From Amoebophrya sp. A120 (Eukaryota > Protista > Dinoflagellata), in NCBI GenBank assembly GCA_905178155.1, contig CAJINV010000004.1, positions 5,410,535 through 5,474,534 on the forward strand: a DNA stretch of 64,000 bases. The letters are read 5' to 3'. Position 1 is the first letter of the stretch. Each line of letters starts with the position of its first letter. Positions 1 to 13,643 of this stretch are shown here, piece by piece. Position numbers and translations under genes: made by a program. A model generated the notes under the pieces. The model made no database searches, was not told the DNA's origin, and saw nothing but the letters and a program-made list of their open reading frames with translations.

Positions 1-3000
1 TAGGCCCACAAGTCGTTGTGCTGCACGAGGCTTTGTTCCATACACAGCAGCATCTCCGCGATCAGGTGGAAAACAAACGCGAGAAACCGGGCTCGGAGGA
101 CATAAGAGAGATCTTGGTCTTCTTCACGTCCTGCAGGAGGAGCTCCTTCCGCACGATCATCCGCAGCTGCAGTTCCAGTTGCATTTGCTTCTACCTCCTC
201 CTCGTGGAAAGCCCCACCAAGCAACCGCAACGCCGGCAACACGTACTTCCTGTCGAACAGGAAGAGTTCAGAATTTTTAACTTGATGGTCGATGAAACGA
301 CCTTGACGAGTACTTCTATCCTCTTCTGCGACAACACCTTCTCCCTCCCCCTCGTCCACCATGGCGAACAGCTTGTCCAACGAAATGGCGTTTTGGAAAA
401 ATTCGGTCTTCAGCTCGCTGTGCTCCGACATCTGGTTCTTGATGTGAACATGGTATAAAAGTGCGGGCGTGCAGACAAACGGATTGGCGTAGGGGTCATG
501 ATCATGGTAGGAGGTTCTATCTTTTGATGCTTCTGTTGACATCAGGTTGTTGTTGTTCCTCTCATTCCTCGTAGTCACTCCTGGAGAAGAGGACATCCCA
601 AACCGTTCGAGAAACGCGATGGACTCGTCGCCTGGCGTGGGGTGGAGCAGGTAGAGAAAAAACGCCTCCCGCGAGCCAAAAGTGAAGGATGAGAGTTTTG
701 TCAACGTTTTCCAATTTCCTCGCGTGATTTTCTGGTCCAGATCAACTACATCGGGCTCCACCTCATCTTCGAGGTCAACATTTTCTGCTTGTGGTATCGC
801 ACCTACTGTTCTACTCGAACTTGAAGTCCTTGGACCATCATCGCTAGTACCACTACTGCCAACACTGACAAAAGAACTCCGCCGCTCCCCGGTCAGCTGT
901 TTGAAATACGCGTGCGCGCCGAACAGAAACGCGGAGGTGGCAAGGAGCTCGTGCTGCGTGGTGTCTACCTGCGGGAGTTGCGGTTCCACCAGGATGGTTT
1001 TCACCACCATGGCGTCCGCCTTCCAGGGCGTGGGCTTTGCGGCGATCAAGTAGAACGGCCGTTGGTTAACAAATTGCGATACTGCGTCTAGGTTTGATGT
1101 TCTTGTTGATCCGGCATTTTCGAACTGAAACACCGTGGCGAGATTTTTCAAGTACGCGAAGATATCGAAAATCTGGGGCGCTTGTTGTTGACCCTCTTCT
1201 TGATCACTCCCTGAGGATGACCACATCACACCGTCGTTGATCAGTAGCTCCTGTGCTTCTAAAATTAACTGCAACTCTTTCTTCTGGCCGTGCTCAGTAG
1301 TAGTTTGCCCTTCGCTTGCGTCTCGCTCCTCCTCCCGATCTTCGAAGAACGCCTCCGTTACGGTCGCGACCACCGCGTCGGCACCCAATTTGCCCTCCCG
1401 TTTTTCCCCGTATTTCTCCGGGCGCACGTCAAATGCGAAGTGGATTTTCTCAAAGCCCTGCTTCAGCTTGTGCACGAAGCGGGTCAGGAGTTTAGAGATC
1501 AGCGGGTTCAGGTTGAGCTTTCTTCGCTCCTGAACAAAATTCTCATCATTCTCCTCTTCTACTACTTCCACGTCCACCACACCATCCAGTCCCTCGTCGT
1601 CAGACACGAAAGACCCGTCCTCTGCCAGTATCCGCGTGCCCGGGAACTGGGTTCGGCGGGTCAGCAGGTCCGTAAAAGATAAAGAAGAAGAACGAGAAGG
1701 AGAACGAGAAGGAGAGGGAGATACTGTTGTTCTCGATGTTTCATCCTCAAACACTCCCCCGAGAATCACCAACTCCGCCAACATTTCCAGATTCAATTTC
1801 AACACCACAGTTTCCTTTGCGATATGGATTGCAAAAATGTCTGGGTCTGGAAGGATACAACTTGTGATGCTACTTTTGGAATCTACATAAAATCTGTATT
1901 GCATGAACGGCAAAAGAGGTGTAATTTGTGCTAAGCGGAGAGGGCGTTTCTCATACGGTATCTATGAGCATCAGAAAGCCCTCGCAAAATCTCTGATGCT
2001 AGGTCATGCATCACAGACCTCATGGGTCATGCAAAATCTGCATGCCAAACTCCTGCATTCTTCCAGACCCAGACATTTTTGCATTTGATACGCAACGTAG
2101 TTCAGCAACTCCGCAAACGCATCCACTTGCAACTTGCTATCCAGAAACAAGCTGCACTTCGGCTATCAAATGCAAATATGTCTGGGTCTGGAAAGAATGG
2201 GATTTGTGATGCTGCCCTTGGACTCTACACAAAATCTGTATTGCATGAACAGCATAGGAGGTGCAATTTGTGCTCCGCGGAGAGGGCATTTCTCATGCGG
2301 CATGAGCATCAGAAAGCCCTCGCAGAATCTCTGATGCTAGGGCATGCATCACAGATCTCCATCTCGTGGGTCATGGAAAATCTGCATGACAAACTTCTGC
2401 ATTCTTCCAAACCCAGACATATTTGCAGTTCATATCGGCTCCACGACGACCATGTCGTGCTGGAAAAACTCGTTTCTGCCCGCTTCCAGCCACAGATTCG
2501 AACCGGATTGCGTGTGCGCCTGGGCCATGCGGAAGTGGCGGTAGTCGAGGGAGTTCGCGTCGGTGAAGAGGGACGAGGGTGAACTAGTGCTAGATGCAGT
2601 CGTGACTGACGCAGAAGTAGCTTGTTCCCCCGCGCTGATCCTCCTCGTCGTTCCCATTGAGAAGCCAAACGTGCGCATGGGCAGCCGGAAACCATATTTC
2701 GCGGAAAAGTGCGTGGTCACCGGTATTTTCGCAGTGGCTGTAGATTTTTGCGATGATTTAATATCTCCACTGGCAGCTCGTCTGGCATTTTTTGCTCCTT
2801 CGCGTAGCTCCACCTCGGAGGACGACGAACAAGAAGATCTTATCTCCTCTTCATCACTCCAAACGCCGCTGTTCCGAACCGCCTTGCCAAGAGCAGCCGC
2901 GTCTGCGGCAGCGTCGACGAACAAAACCGTCCGATTCTGCACAGTGTCCGGGCCGAGGTAATCGAAAAGCACCGGCAGTAGGGACCCGTCTTGTGTAAAG

Positions 3001-4633
3001 TAGAAAGTTGTGGAGGATTGTAAAATTTCATTCGAAGAAAATGATCCTCGTGGTGCTCGCGCATGATCTGCTTCTTCTCTAATATTGTTCCGACACTGCC
3101 GCTGCAGCTTCTGGTGGATACGCCCACGGTTGTAATCTGGTGTTCCTGCAGAAGTACTTTTGATGTGCTTGTTTTCCTGCACCTGCTGATCATCGAAGTT
3201 CCAATCCAGCTCAACCGCGACGTTCGGAGAAACCATATCCCGACGACCAAGCCAGCTCGGCACGAAAAACGCCTCCGGGACCACCGCTTTGTATTTCCGC
3301 CAGTTGTTGAAAAAGGAGTTGTACAGCGCCGGGTGCTGCGAGACCTTTTGCAGAAAAAACGCCAAGTGGTGCGGCGTGGCAAAGTCGTACGCGTACAGAA
3401 TCGGGAAATCCGCGTGGATCGGCGCGAAGAGCTGCCGTGTGCAGATGCTGGTGGGGTTTGATGCTCCTGCACGACATTGATGGTGGTCGCCACTGCTGCT
3501 ATCGCTCCCAACGTACCAAAGCTCCTCCCGCTTGCCAAAAAACACGGGCAGCACCATCCGACTCACGGCTTCCCACACCAGCCCGGGCTGCCACACCAGC
3601 ACCATCAGGTACTCACGGAGGTCGGTGAGTGTTCGCTTCTCCCGGGCGTAGAACGTGTTCCAGGTGAGGCCTGAGGTGCAATTGGTTTCTCGATTCAAAC
3701 TTCGATTTCCATGACTACATGCGCGAAAAAACATCAACATTGCTAAAGCTAAAGTACTTAGAGTACTTACAACACGCCAAATTCTTGTTGCGCAAGAAAT
3801 GAAGTTTTGCAATACAACACGGATTTTTATACACCTGGGTCCCTGGCGCAGGGTCCGTAGGTGTCCAGCGGCAGGAACTGGGACAGAAAAAGCAGTGTCT
3901 GGACCACCTCGGCCGGGCAGTCGGCTTTCTCCTCCACCCAGAGGTGCGCGAACATCCGCGGTGGGGCACCGGACTCACCGCTGCTGGAGTCCTCATGCGC
4001 GGCGAAACACGTCGGGCCACACGCGCGGCTGGGAATGGGCTGTGGGTCCTTGTTGAACAAATGCTGCTGTTGCAGTACTTCTGCGTGTCGTCCTGTGCTG
4101 CCGCTTCCCCAGGCAGACACGGTGGAACCCGAGACAGCAACATAATAGGGGAGGAAAACCAACAGAAAATGAAAATGTGTGCGAAATACGGATGTTGAAA
4201 TCAAAGGGAAATTCGAATTACAAGCGTGGAGGAGGATCGACATCTTGATCTTCTTTATTCTTTCTTCTCTTCTATAAAAGTAGGACCTTTCCAACTGATT
4301 CACAAATTCGTCGTGATCACGGCCGACACAGATCGCGCGGCAGTTCTTCAACGAAAGATAATCGAAAAAATTCGTGCACAAAATAAAAGATCTTCGAGAC
4401 TGCAAGACGCGCAGCGCGTCCGCATATCGGAGAAGAAAAAGCTGAACAAAGCTTCCGCTGGAATCTTGTTCTGACATGTTGATCATGGGTTCAACACCTA
4501 ATTTACAGAGCAGATAACGAAACAGATAAGATTGCGCTGTGGAAACAAGAGGATGCAGTTTTTGGCGTTTGGCAAACCAGCAGAAAAGCTTTGCATTTGT
4601 GCAGACACGCAGAATTTGGTCATGAATGAGCAC
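1..4633 (-). CDS. Multi-exon protein with a divergent GT10 (alpha-1,3-fucosyltransferase-like) domain; 3' end runs off the window, start uncertain
   Basis: ORF 3827-4633 joins ORF 2430-3812 in frame through a GT-AG intron at 3834-3671. Removing introners 2164-2434 and 1823-2090 restores a frame continuing towards the window start. LDTYGPC and YDFATPHHLAFFLQKVSQHPALYNSFFNNWR resemble the GT10 motifs vD.yG.C and DF.sp.eLA.yL......Y..Yf.Wr. Confidence 0.5.
1823..2090. mobile_element. Introner (TIR intron), family A
   Basis: TIR tatggattgcaaaaatgtctgggtctggaag ... cttccagacccagacatttttgcatttgata; flanks tgcga/cgcaa (diverged TSD); removal restores the frame. Confidence 0.85.
2164..2434. mobile_element. 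Introner, family A
   Basis: Same TIR as 1823-2090 and similar internal sequence; perfect 5-bp TSD tcggc. Confidence 0.9.
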
Positions 4634-4844
4634 GAATTATACTCGCAAAATATGTATAGCAAAATAAGTTGTGCTACGTAGAAATCATACCAGACTTGAT
4701 ACGCGCTCGTGCATGGCGTAGTTTACCGCCAACTACTACCTCATCAATTTCATTTTTTGTATCATACACGAATAGATTCGATCATCATTTTCATTAACTT
4801 TAGTTATATTCTACGCCATCTCCGCCAGATCCGGGTACTTATAC

Positions 4845-7717
4845 TTACTCTTCCCTCATCCGATTCCAGCGCAATCGCTCTTCCTCTTCCAAGTGCCGCT
4901 TCAACAACGGCACCACGAAATTCTTCTGGATTTTGTATAGCAGGTGGCCCACCGAATCCATCCCAACGAGCGTCCCGGCCGCACCCCAGGCTAGCACATG
5001 CAACACCTTCGTGTCCTCCTATGGATTAAAAATATGTCTGGGTCAGGAAATTTGTGATGCTAAAATGCGCATGACGAAAACGCTCCCTCATGCAGGAAAG
5101 CATGACAAGTTTGCAGAACGCTTCCTCATACGCGCTCCGCATGAGAAACTACGTTTTTGTATGACAAGAGAGGCTGCGGCTTTTGTAGTGATGTAGGTCA
5201 TGCAATACAGATCTCACAGGAAAGCACGACCAGCATTACAAGTTCCAACGTTCCAGACCCAGACATATTTGCATTTGAAACCTCCTCTTCAATGACCAAA
5301 CGCAGAGATTTCGGGCGCGCGACGGTGTTTTTCATTTCGGTGGCCGCGGATGGTCTGCTTCTGGGCTGCTCGCCTGTTATTTCCATCTGCGCAGCGGGCT
5401 CTTTTGTTCTCGGCAGGTCCGAGCCCACGACCTGTGTCTGAGCATAATCGCTCTCTTGCTTTGTCTTGTTTATTTCCGCTTCTGTCTCCGCGAGAATTAT
5501 CTGCGCACTGGCTTTTTCCGCAAAATCCGGCCACAACACCGTCTCGAAGGCCCAGGATAATTTTTTCGACGGGACGAGAAGATTTTTGTGTGACATTTGG
5601 CTCAGTTTCGCTTGTTCTGCCCCGCCCTTCATGGGTGTACTACTATTTTCCCTATGAACATCTTCGCCTTGATGTTCCACCTCAGGTTGCCCGCCGAACA
5701 ACGCTTCGAACTCCCGCTTACAAACCGCGTCCTCGAAGTTCGGTCTCCAGCGACTTTGAATCACCGGGTAATACCCGTCGGGCGAGCCCAGCACGCGGGA
5801 GGGATGCCCAGGCGCTCGCGAGGACCGGTCGCTGACCACGCAGGAACGACTGGCTGGCGTGTTGTTGGACGACGTTGTTGTTGACTCGTGCGATTTGATT
5901 GTAGATTCCTCCTGATCATGTTCATCGTGCTCTAGTACAACAACTTTCGTGCTATTTCGGTTCATCTTCTCAGCGGGTGTTCCCGCATTTGGATTTTCCC
6001 TTTTTCTTTTCCCCGCCGCGTCTCCTCGAGATGGCGGCGTGAATGAATTTTCATCAGGAAGATCTCGGGAAGGTCCTTCTAACCGATGATGACCTCGTCC
6101 TACGCGGCTGCTCCCGGAAGACGTTCTTGCAGCACCAGAACTACTCGCTGCACTACTTCGACTTCGTAGCACGAAAGAGAAAAACTCGGGCGTCAATCTT
6201 GCTTTCTTCAAAAACGCGGAGAGCGCGGCGATTCTGCCCTCTACTAGCCCCGCTTCCTCCTTCGCGTCGAAAGCCTGCACGGTGAGCAACTGCGCCATCA
6301 GGGTAGAGGTCATAGTGGACACCTGCAGGCTGGCCAGCAGCGGCCCAATTGCCAGCATGTACGGGGTGGTGATATTCGTATTGCTTGTGCTGTTGCTGCT
6401 CGCCGTCGTTCCACTACTTATGTCCTCGCTAGAACTAGATGAAGCCAAAGTTCGCTGCACGAAGCGAATTTTCCTTCCGTCTTCATGTTTCTCCACGTCC
6501 CACTCTTCGAGATTCAGGGAAAAAAACACAAACGGCGCCTCCTGCATGAACTTCGCCAGCAGAGGCGGCGGCGCGAAGCTCGTCCCCCGCCGCAATAAAA
6601 GCGCCGAGGACGTGTGTTTCGCAACCTCCTTGTCCAGGCTGTCCTGGTGTTTCTGTTTGCAACGAAGCTGGTTCTTCAAAATGGCATTTTCCAGCGAGAG
6701 CAGTTTCTCCACCCGGCGAAATTCGAACGCCATCGCGGTGGCCTCGCGCTGTGCCGCTGTAGTTTCCGCCCTTTGTTTCCTCAGCCGGTCTAGAATTGCC
6801 GGGTGGCGGTCGGTTATTTCGCTTGTTGCGTCGTGGATTTTGTCCAGGCCCTCCCCGCTGGCGAGAATGTGCTCCCGGGCGAGTTCTAGTTGCTGGTGCT
6901 TCTCTCGGCGGAGACGACTAGTTGTACTCTGCGGGCACCAGAAAGATGATGAACTTGTGGGTGCAAGAACATTTTTGGCTGCAGTTCTCGTGGTCCCACC
7001 GGACAAGGTCGTGGTTGTCGTCGTGTTTTCTGCAAGAGGTTCTTGCAGCGGGTCGTGCTGCTCCTGCTTCTGCTGCGCTGCAAGAAGATCGTCCTGAGCT
7101 ACAACTACATGATCACTGGCACAACAACTGAAACTACCGCAGCAACGATCCGACGCGCCTTGCTTCGACCTTGTTTGCTTCGATAGAAACTGCGCGGTCC
7201 GCTGTGCGTCCGTTGGGGGGAGAAACGCCAATACTTGATCGTGCAATTCCTCGCAAGAGAAAATCGCTGGACGAGGCGGTAAAGTGGTTCCACCATCTTC
7301 TGATGTAGTACTCCTCCTGCGGTCTGAGATTACTATCTGCGATGATGCGGCGCCAGCTTGTACTTGTGCTGCTGCAGCTTGGCGTGGAGACTTATGATCC
7401 GTGGTCGGATGTGCCACGCCAGTGCCTCCTTGGTGTTGACAACTCGACTTAGCAAGTCGCCGTCCGTCCGGCCTGCCGCGCGATCTTGCAACCGTGGGTC
7501 GCGGCTGAGAGGCAGTTGTGTCGCTGCTACCCGTAAGACCATTTCCGCGCCCAGGTGCCCGTTGCTTCCGGTGGACAGCGCTGGCTGCGACGCTGCAACG
7601 AAACGAGCAACCCGTTAGGACAGAGATGAGCAGGAGATACGGTGCTAGTACGAAAGCGGACGTCGCCAGACAGGGGTGAGAAAATTTTTCTTCGCGCAAA
7701 ACGCATCGCGTCCTCAT
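4845..7717 (-). CDS. Hypothetical protein with a hydrophobic N-terminus and a coiled-coil; 2 exons
   Basis: 839-aa ORF; removing introner 5020-5280 continues it in frame (EDTKVLHVLAWG...RMREE*) to TAA at 4845. Confidence 0.65.
5020..5280. mobile_element. Introner, family A
   Basis: TIR tatggattaaaaatatgtctgggtc / gacccagacatatttgcatttgaaa; perfect TSD cctcc. Confidence 0.9.
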
Positions 7718-9983
7718 TGCTTGCGGTTTATAGTCTCGAAAGCGGTCGTGTCAACGGGTTCTAACAATGACGCGCATTCATATTATTATCAATATTCGAA
7801 AAACGCGCTAGCCAGCCGACAAAGTCGACTATGGCAGCGATTGCACAGGTCTCACGGTCTGTCTTTCTCTGCGGGCTCACTTTTCAACTCCTTTCGCCGG
7901 GCTCTCTTGTGGCAACAAACTATAGGTAGGCTTTTTTACTTCAAATAAAAAGGGCTAGGCTTAACGAAAAAGATCTGTTGATTGACTCTGTGTATAGAAA
8001 GGCAAAAAAAGGTTTTTGGCTAAGTGGCGGGGATCACTATTTTGCTTTCTTATCATGATAAAACTCTGTGCAGTCTGTAAGTAGAAACAAGGCTATCTAC
8101 AAGATCCGCAATCTACTAACGAACCAGTTTTCGCAACTACTTGCGCACGAGGTAAACGTAAAAGCGACAAAAAAAAAAGGGCAAGCTTGCAATTAGTTTG
8201 ACCTTTATAGTACGTCTCAAATCTAAGAAAAGTGCATCTGCCTTCATTATAAAAGCTTCGTTCAACATTTTAAACCCGTGCCTCCGCGCCACCCGGAGCC
8301 CCCGGTTAAAAACTCCGTGTCTCCTCTGGTGAAACTTCGTTCGGAGAGCCCTCTGGTGAAACTTTCTGAGCGTTTGAGATCTTTACAGGACGCAACGCAG
8401 CCCTGAGCTTTCTACCTGTCACTCTGCCGCGGAGAGATGGAATTGAGCACGGGCTCCATCCCGGCCCTTGAGTGCAGACACTTCAGGCACTCCAAATGGC
8501 AGGCATCTTCAAAGCCTTCAACCAGAACTTTGTTTCTTCGAGCATCAATGTTTATCGATTTTTTTTTTACAAATTCGAACTCTCTACGGCCAAGCGAGAG
8601 TTGTTTGTTTGTTTGTTGAGGTTGGTCACATGGAACCGCTTGAAAGATGTTCTTTCTTCTCATGTGTCTAGCGCTACTTCAATAAAAAGGGACAACTTGG
8701 TGGAGCTGCTTTAGCTCCAACCTTAGAAAAACAAGACGGAACTGCTGCTGTAAACGAGAAAAAGCTGCTCTTTCTTATAAGAAATTCGAGACATGATTCA
8801 AAAATCTTTCATTTGATTTCACTTGCACAACATTGCTGTGCTTGCAACCAATTCTGTGTCCGTGAAATTACTCAGCTACTTCTTACTTATCGTAATGCGC
8901 GACAAACTCAGTCAAGCTCCCACCTTGTCGTAAGCAAGAGTATGACTAAATTTCGCAAAGAATGTAAGTGTGTCCTCACTTTTTCCTCGAATGATCCGTG
9001 AAAATCACGACGGATTCCGTGATTTGTAAATTAGATTTACTGACAGTCCGGGGGCAATGGGGTCTTGTCGTAACAGAAGTAGTTGCGTTCCGCCGTCACC
9101 CCGAAGTTACAGCACGTCTGCAACCAGGTTCCGTACGGGTCATTCAAAACGCCGAACGCAGCCGTCTGGACTTTGCAACTCAACTTGTAGTACAACTCCT
9201 GTGGTGCTCCCCTCCGTCCGCGATCTTCTGGATTTTTCTTTTTCTGCTGGGTCGTTTTGGAAATTTTGCAGACGGTGTTCTCCATTTTCTCGGCAGCAAC
9301 GACTACGGCAGATTCCCATCCAGGCGGCGGTGTGGAAGAAGTACTTGCGATGATATAAGTCCCCGCTGGTGCTGGATAGTTTTGCCAACCCGGCTGCACG
9401 GCGGACAAGAACGAGGATGCCTCGCCCATGGACGTCTTCTTGGGGTCGCCGCTTCTGATGAGGATTAGCTTCCGGATTTCTTCCGGATTTCTTTGGAAAA
9501 AAATTTTTCGGGCTATTTGGCAGTTTACTGCTATACTTTTGGGTGTTCCGACTTTTGCTATTCACGTTCCCAGCGTCGGAAATCAGGTGTCAGATCGTTC
9601 GTAGCTCGATTCTCGTGCGAGAACGGGCCTCGTCGAGTTTCGGCACCCCGATCCCCCCCTTTTAGGCCGCCCCCGTCTCGCTCGGCCATTTGGCCGAGCG
9701 GTTAAGGGGTGTAGGTGTTTCTTCCAGTCCCTTTCCACCCTTCGTGGGGCCTATCCCCTCGCCGATGCGATCCGATCACCCGTCGCGGCTTCGTTCGAAC
9801 GTGCGAAGCCGTTTAGCCCCACTGGTAGTGCATCGAGATGCGATCGGCAGTCCCTTTTCACCCTTTTTGTGTTGTCTTCCGTCCCCGCAGCGATCCACGC
9901 AGTCGCAGCTACTATCGAAAACCGCCCGCACTACGTCTTGTCTTCTGCAAAGAGAGAAGACGTTGTTCCGGCCGTTTCTCAGG

Positions 9984-10530
9984 TGTTGCAGCACTCGCCC
10001 ATTTGGGCGAGTTGGTAAGGGGCCGAGTTCGTTGATCCGGTCCCTTTTCACCCTTCACGGGGACCGAAGGTTCGAAGCCCAATGTTGGCTTTTTTTCTTT
10101 CGGTGCGGCTTGTGCGACTGAAAGGAAAAGCGCACTACTAGGACAAGTAGGGACGGAGGGGCGAAAGTGGATCGACCTCGAAGGCCGAAGTACTTTCACA
10201 CGACGGCACTCGCCCATCTGGGCGAGTTGGTAGAGGGAGGGGATGCTATCCCCAGTCCCTTTTCACCCTTCACGGGGATCGAGGGATCGATACCCAGCAT
10301 TGGCGTTTTTTCTTTCGGTACGATTTGTGCGACCGGAAGGAAAAACGCACTACTACCACGAGGAGGGACGGAGAAGTGAAAGTAGACCAACCTCGAAGGC
10401 CGAACTACTTCCACGTAAAGACACTCGCCCAACTGGGCGAGTTGGTACAGGGTGGAGATGCTATCTCCAGTCCCTTTTCACCCTTCGCGGGGATCCAGGG
10501 ATCGATGCCCAGTGTTGGTGCTTTTGGAAA
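9984..10530. repeat. Left subterminal tandem repeat, ~215-bp period
   Basis: cactcgccca(nn)tgggcgagttggta at ~9992, 10207, 10422; tcccttttcacccttc recurs. Confidence 0.85.
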
Positions 10531-11070
10531 ATGGAAGCGAAGAAGCAAGCCGTCGGGATTGAGAAAGAGAAGCCAAGATAGAAGCGAAAGAAAGAACTAG
10601 ATACTGATCGTCGGTCTGATGCGAAAGCACCGCAAGAAACTGCTCCTCCTTGTTTTTTCTAAGTATCTGTGTTCGTTTTTTAGATGGGAAGCGAGAGAAG
10701 TCGAGTCACGGGCGACGGGGGGCACGAAGTGAAGGTTTTTTTTGGTGAAGAGCGTGTTTTTTGTCCGGCCGGAAACAGAAGCCACCTAGCATCGATCGCC
10801 GAGTTTTTTGCCAGAGTCCCAACACCGAACAAGGCCTGCACGTTATGAAAACCCAGGTAAGATACAAATTTTGATCGTAGAGAGCCACCACCTATCTACA
10901 ATACTCACATGTTTCATACGCGGGCGATCCCGCGTAGCAGTCCGTCCGCTCCCCAGTAACGCGATGCCTGTGTGGAACGGATAGCGGCAGGTGCGCATTC
11001 GTGCGACCTCGGAAAGCGGAACAACTACTTCTTCTCGAGCAGAACAACTACTGCTACTTCGTCGCCCGCG

Positions 11071-13368
11071 ATGTCGAAAAAGCCGGTGGACCCCGCGAAG
11101 CTGGAGGAGCAAAAAGCGGAAGCGAGTCTGTTTTTCAACGCGACGGCGTTCCTGCACGCGCGGAAGCTGTGGAAATTCGGCTATCTACTTTGCGACTCCG
11201 CTTTTAACATCGCGCAGTCGTACTTTGCGGATTGGAGTTACAAAATAGTACACTACAGGTGCGAAATAGATGGCACCACGCAACAAGCACTACTATTCGA
11301 GAATAGTACTCGCGGCCGCATCCGCGTGTACGCGCATATCATGGTGAGCTTCGTGTGCATCACCTTTGCCATGGGAGGAACAAATACGATGCTAGGACAT
11401 GTTGCACTACCTTGTCACACCGTGTTGTTCCCATCATCGTCGGACTTTTCGAAGCAGAAGCGTGGTAGCTCGGGCTTCAGGGGGTGGAGCGAAGGATATG
11501 AGATTGCGGATTTGGTTTGGACGATGAACAACCCCGCGATCTACTTCAGCGCCTTTCCGAAATCCACAATCAAAGTGTGGACCCCCGCGACCGATTCAGG
11601 AGGATCCACAATATCGACCCTTTTTTATTTAGGGTCGTTCTTCCTTGCGACGGAGGCCCTAAAAAATTGCGTGATGTGGACGGATCGCTGCAAGAACCAT
11701 CAGGCCGCGCTCATCACCAAGAGCGTCGCGGAGACCTATTTGGCGATGTGCGGGCTTGATCCGATCGGGTGGCAAAAACGACTATTTTTACAAGTAAGAT
11801 TTCAAGTAGCTTTGTACTTCGCCCCTTCTCGCACTTTTTTATCATGCAAAAAATGTCTGTTTTGTATTGCAAAATGTAACAACTCGCATCACAAATTACC
11901 AGGTAACCTCCGTGAAACTACTACAAGAAAAAATCCACGCGCAACTGGACCACGTTGCCCGGTGGATAGGCGAGTGGGATCAGCAAACGCCGATGCCACG
12001 CGACGCGGCGCTGAACGGGTTTTTAGACCGTTGTCATTTTCCCGAGGACAAGAAGAAGTTCATCCGCAAGTGCTCGGCGAAAGCGCAAACACTGGTCGCA
12101 CCACACCAATGCAGGCGCCAGTGTTTACGCAACCTACACTCCTGTTACCGGGGCTTTCGAGCCCCGGTATGGACCCGATGGCTCACAATCCAACAGGCTC
12201 TGGGCCAAATAGCGGTTTGTTTAGCGATATGAAAAGACAAAAATAACTAGCACAAAGCGCAGCCGGAAGCATGACACAAAGCAGGCAGATTGAGTTTTTA
12301 CGCATGACAGATTACGATCGCAGTATTGGTAGCTATCTTCGTGCTTGCTTTGTGCTAGTTATTTTTGCATGTGCATACTCGTTCTTCATGGGGAGACTAT
12401 TCTGTGGGTTAGGTCCCAGAGTGCAATTTGGAGCCGAACACGTGTTGGAGCATGGGTTCCAAATAAACATGCGTGGAGACACAGGAACAAACAATTCTAG
12501 CATGACAAACACGATATTGGGCGGCGTTTCTCATGTACAGCATCGCTACCCCTCGCATGATGACCACGAACTACAAATTCCGAATTTGTAATGCGTTTCT
12601 TCACCGCAGCCGAACTAACACACTACAAACTCGAACAGGTCCGCAATTTGTGTTCATAGTTGTGAGCTGGTTCGTCATGGTGATCATCGGGCCCGTCGAA
12701 CATTATAATGCTGCGATGTTGAAGGAGGACTTGAGGCAACGGACGAAGCTGGAGCTGCGAAAGCAATTTGATCAAGACGTCACGGAGGTCATTAACTACC
12801 TGTACAACAAGGAGAAAGCGCACACCGACCTGGCTTTTCTTCTCTGCGGCATCGGAATTGGGGCGGTGGCGTTTGACGAAAAACAGGAGCAGCTGGCACT
12901 TTTGAAAGTTGCGTTTCTTGGATACTGTGTCGCAATTTGTCATGCATTTTTTGCAATTTTTGCCATTGCAGCTTCAACATAAAAATTTATCAGATCGAGT
13001 TCTGCAGACTGAGCGCCCAGCTTTGCGTGTGGGTCAGCAGGTGCTTGCTACATTACCGCGATGGAGCAACTGATATGCACGAGAGGTGGTTGGACATGGC
13101 GAGTACCAACCTCGACAGCGCGATAAATTTTTTGCAGAAGAAGAAGCACACTCCGTACCTGAGTGACGACCCCGGGTCGATTAGTCTACACACGGTTGCG
13201 CGGTGGTACAAGAACCTTCCGCCGCTGACAGCGAAGAATCAACTGAGTGAGCTGGTGGAGTACTTGAAGGGGCGGAATCGCACGACGCGGAATTGCGAAA
13301 AGCGGGCTGGGCGATTCAAGTACCACACAAAAACTATGGACGGAAAGACCTCAACAATAGCCCAGTAG
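11071..13368 (+). CDS. DDE transposase, MuDR/Zisupton(KDZ)-like, intron-containing
   Basis: Candidate catalytic motifs in order: LLCDSAFNIA (D1), VMWTDRCKNHQAAL (D2), HQCRRQCLRNL (degenerate C/D-x2-H position), RTTRNCEKRAGRFK (E). GT-AG introns at 11794-11902 and ~12908-12993; introner at 12228-12377. Confidence 0.6.
12228..12377. mobile_element. Introner inside the transposase gene
   Basis: TIR tatgaaaagacaaaaataactagcacaaagc / gctttgtgctagttatttttgcatgtgcata; removal joins ...VCLA to SFFMGRLF in frame. Confidence 0.8.
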
Positions 13369-13643
13369 TGCCAGTGCTACAGAAGCGCTTGCTTTCATGC
13401 TTTGCATCGTGTTTGTCATGCATGAAATAATAACACTTCTTCGTCCTGTGCAGTGCTTCCCCCTTTCGAGGGGCACGGCGCCAAATCTGTCATGCATTTT
13501 TCACCCCTCTTTCGGGGGAAGAAAGACCAAATTTGTCATGCGTAATCGCGTCCCGTTCCGAACTCCGTTTATAAAATGAAAGCAAGCAGCAATAGCACCG
13601 AGTTCGCGGTGCTATTCCTCGTTTTTTTCGTGGTATAGGCGGA

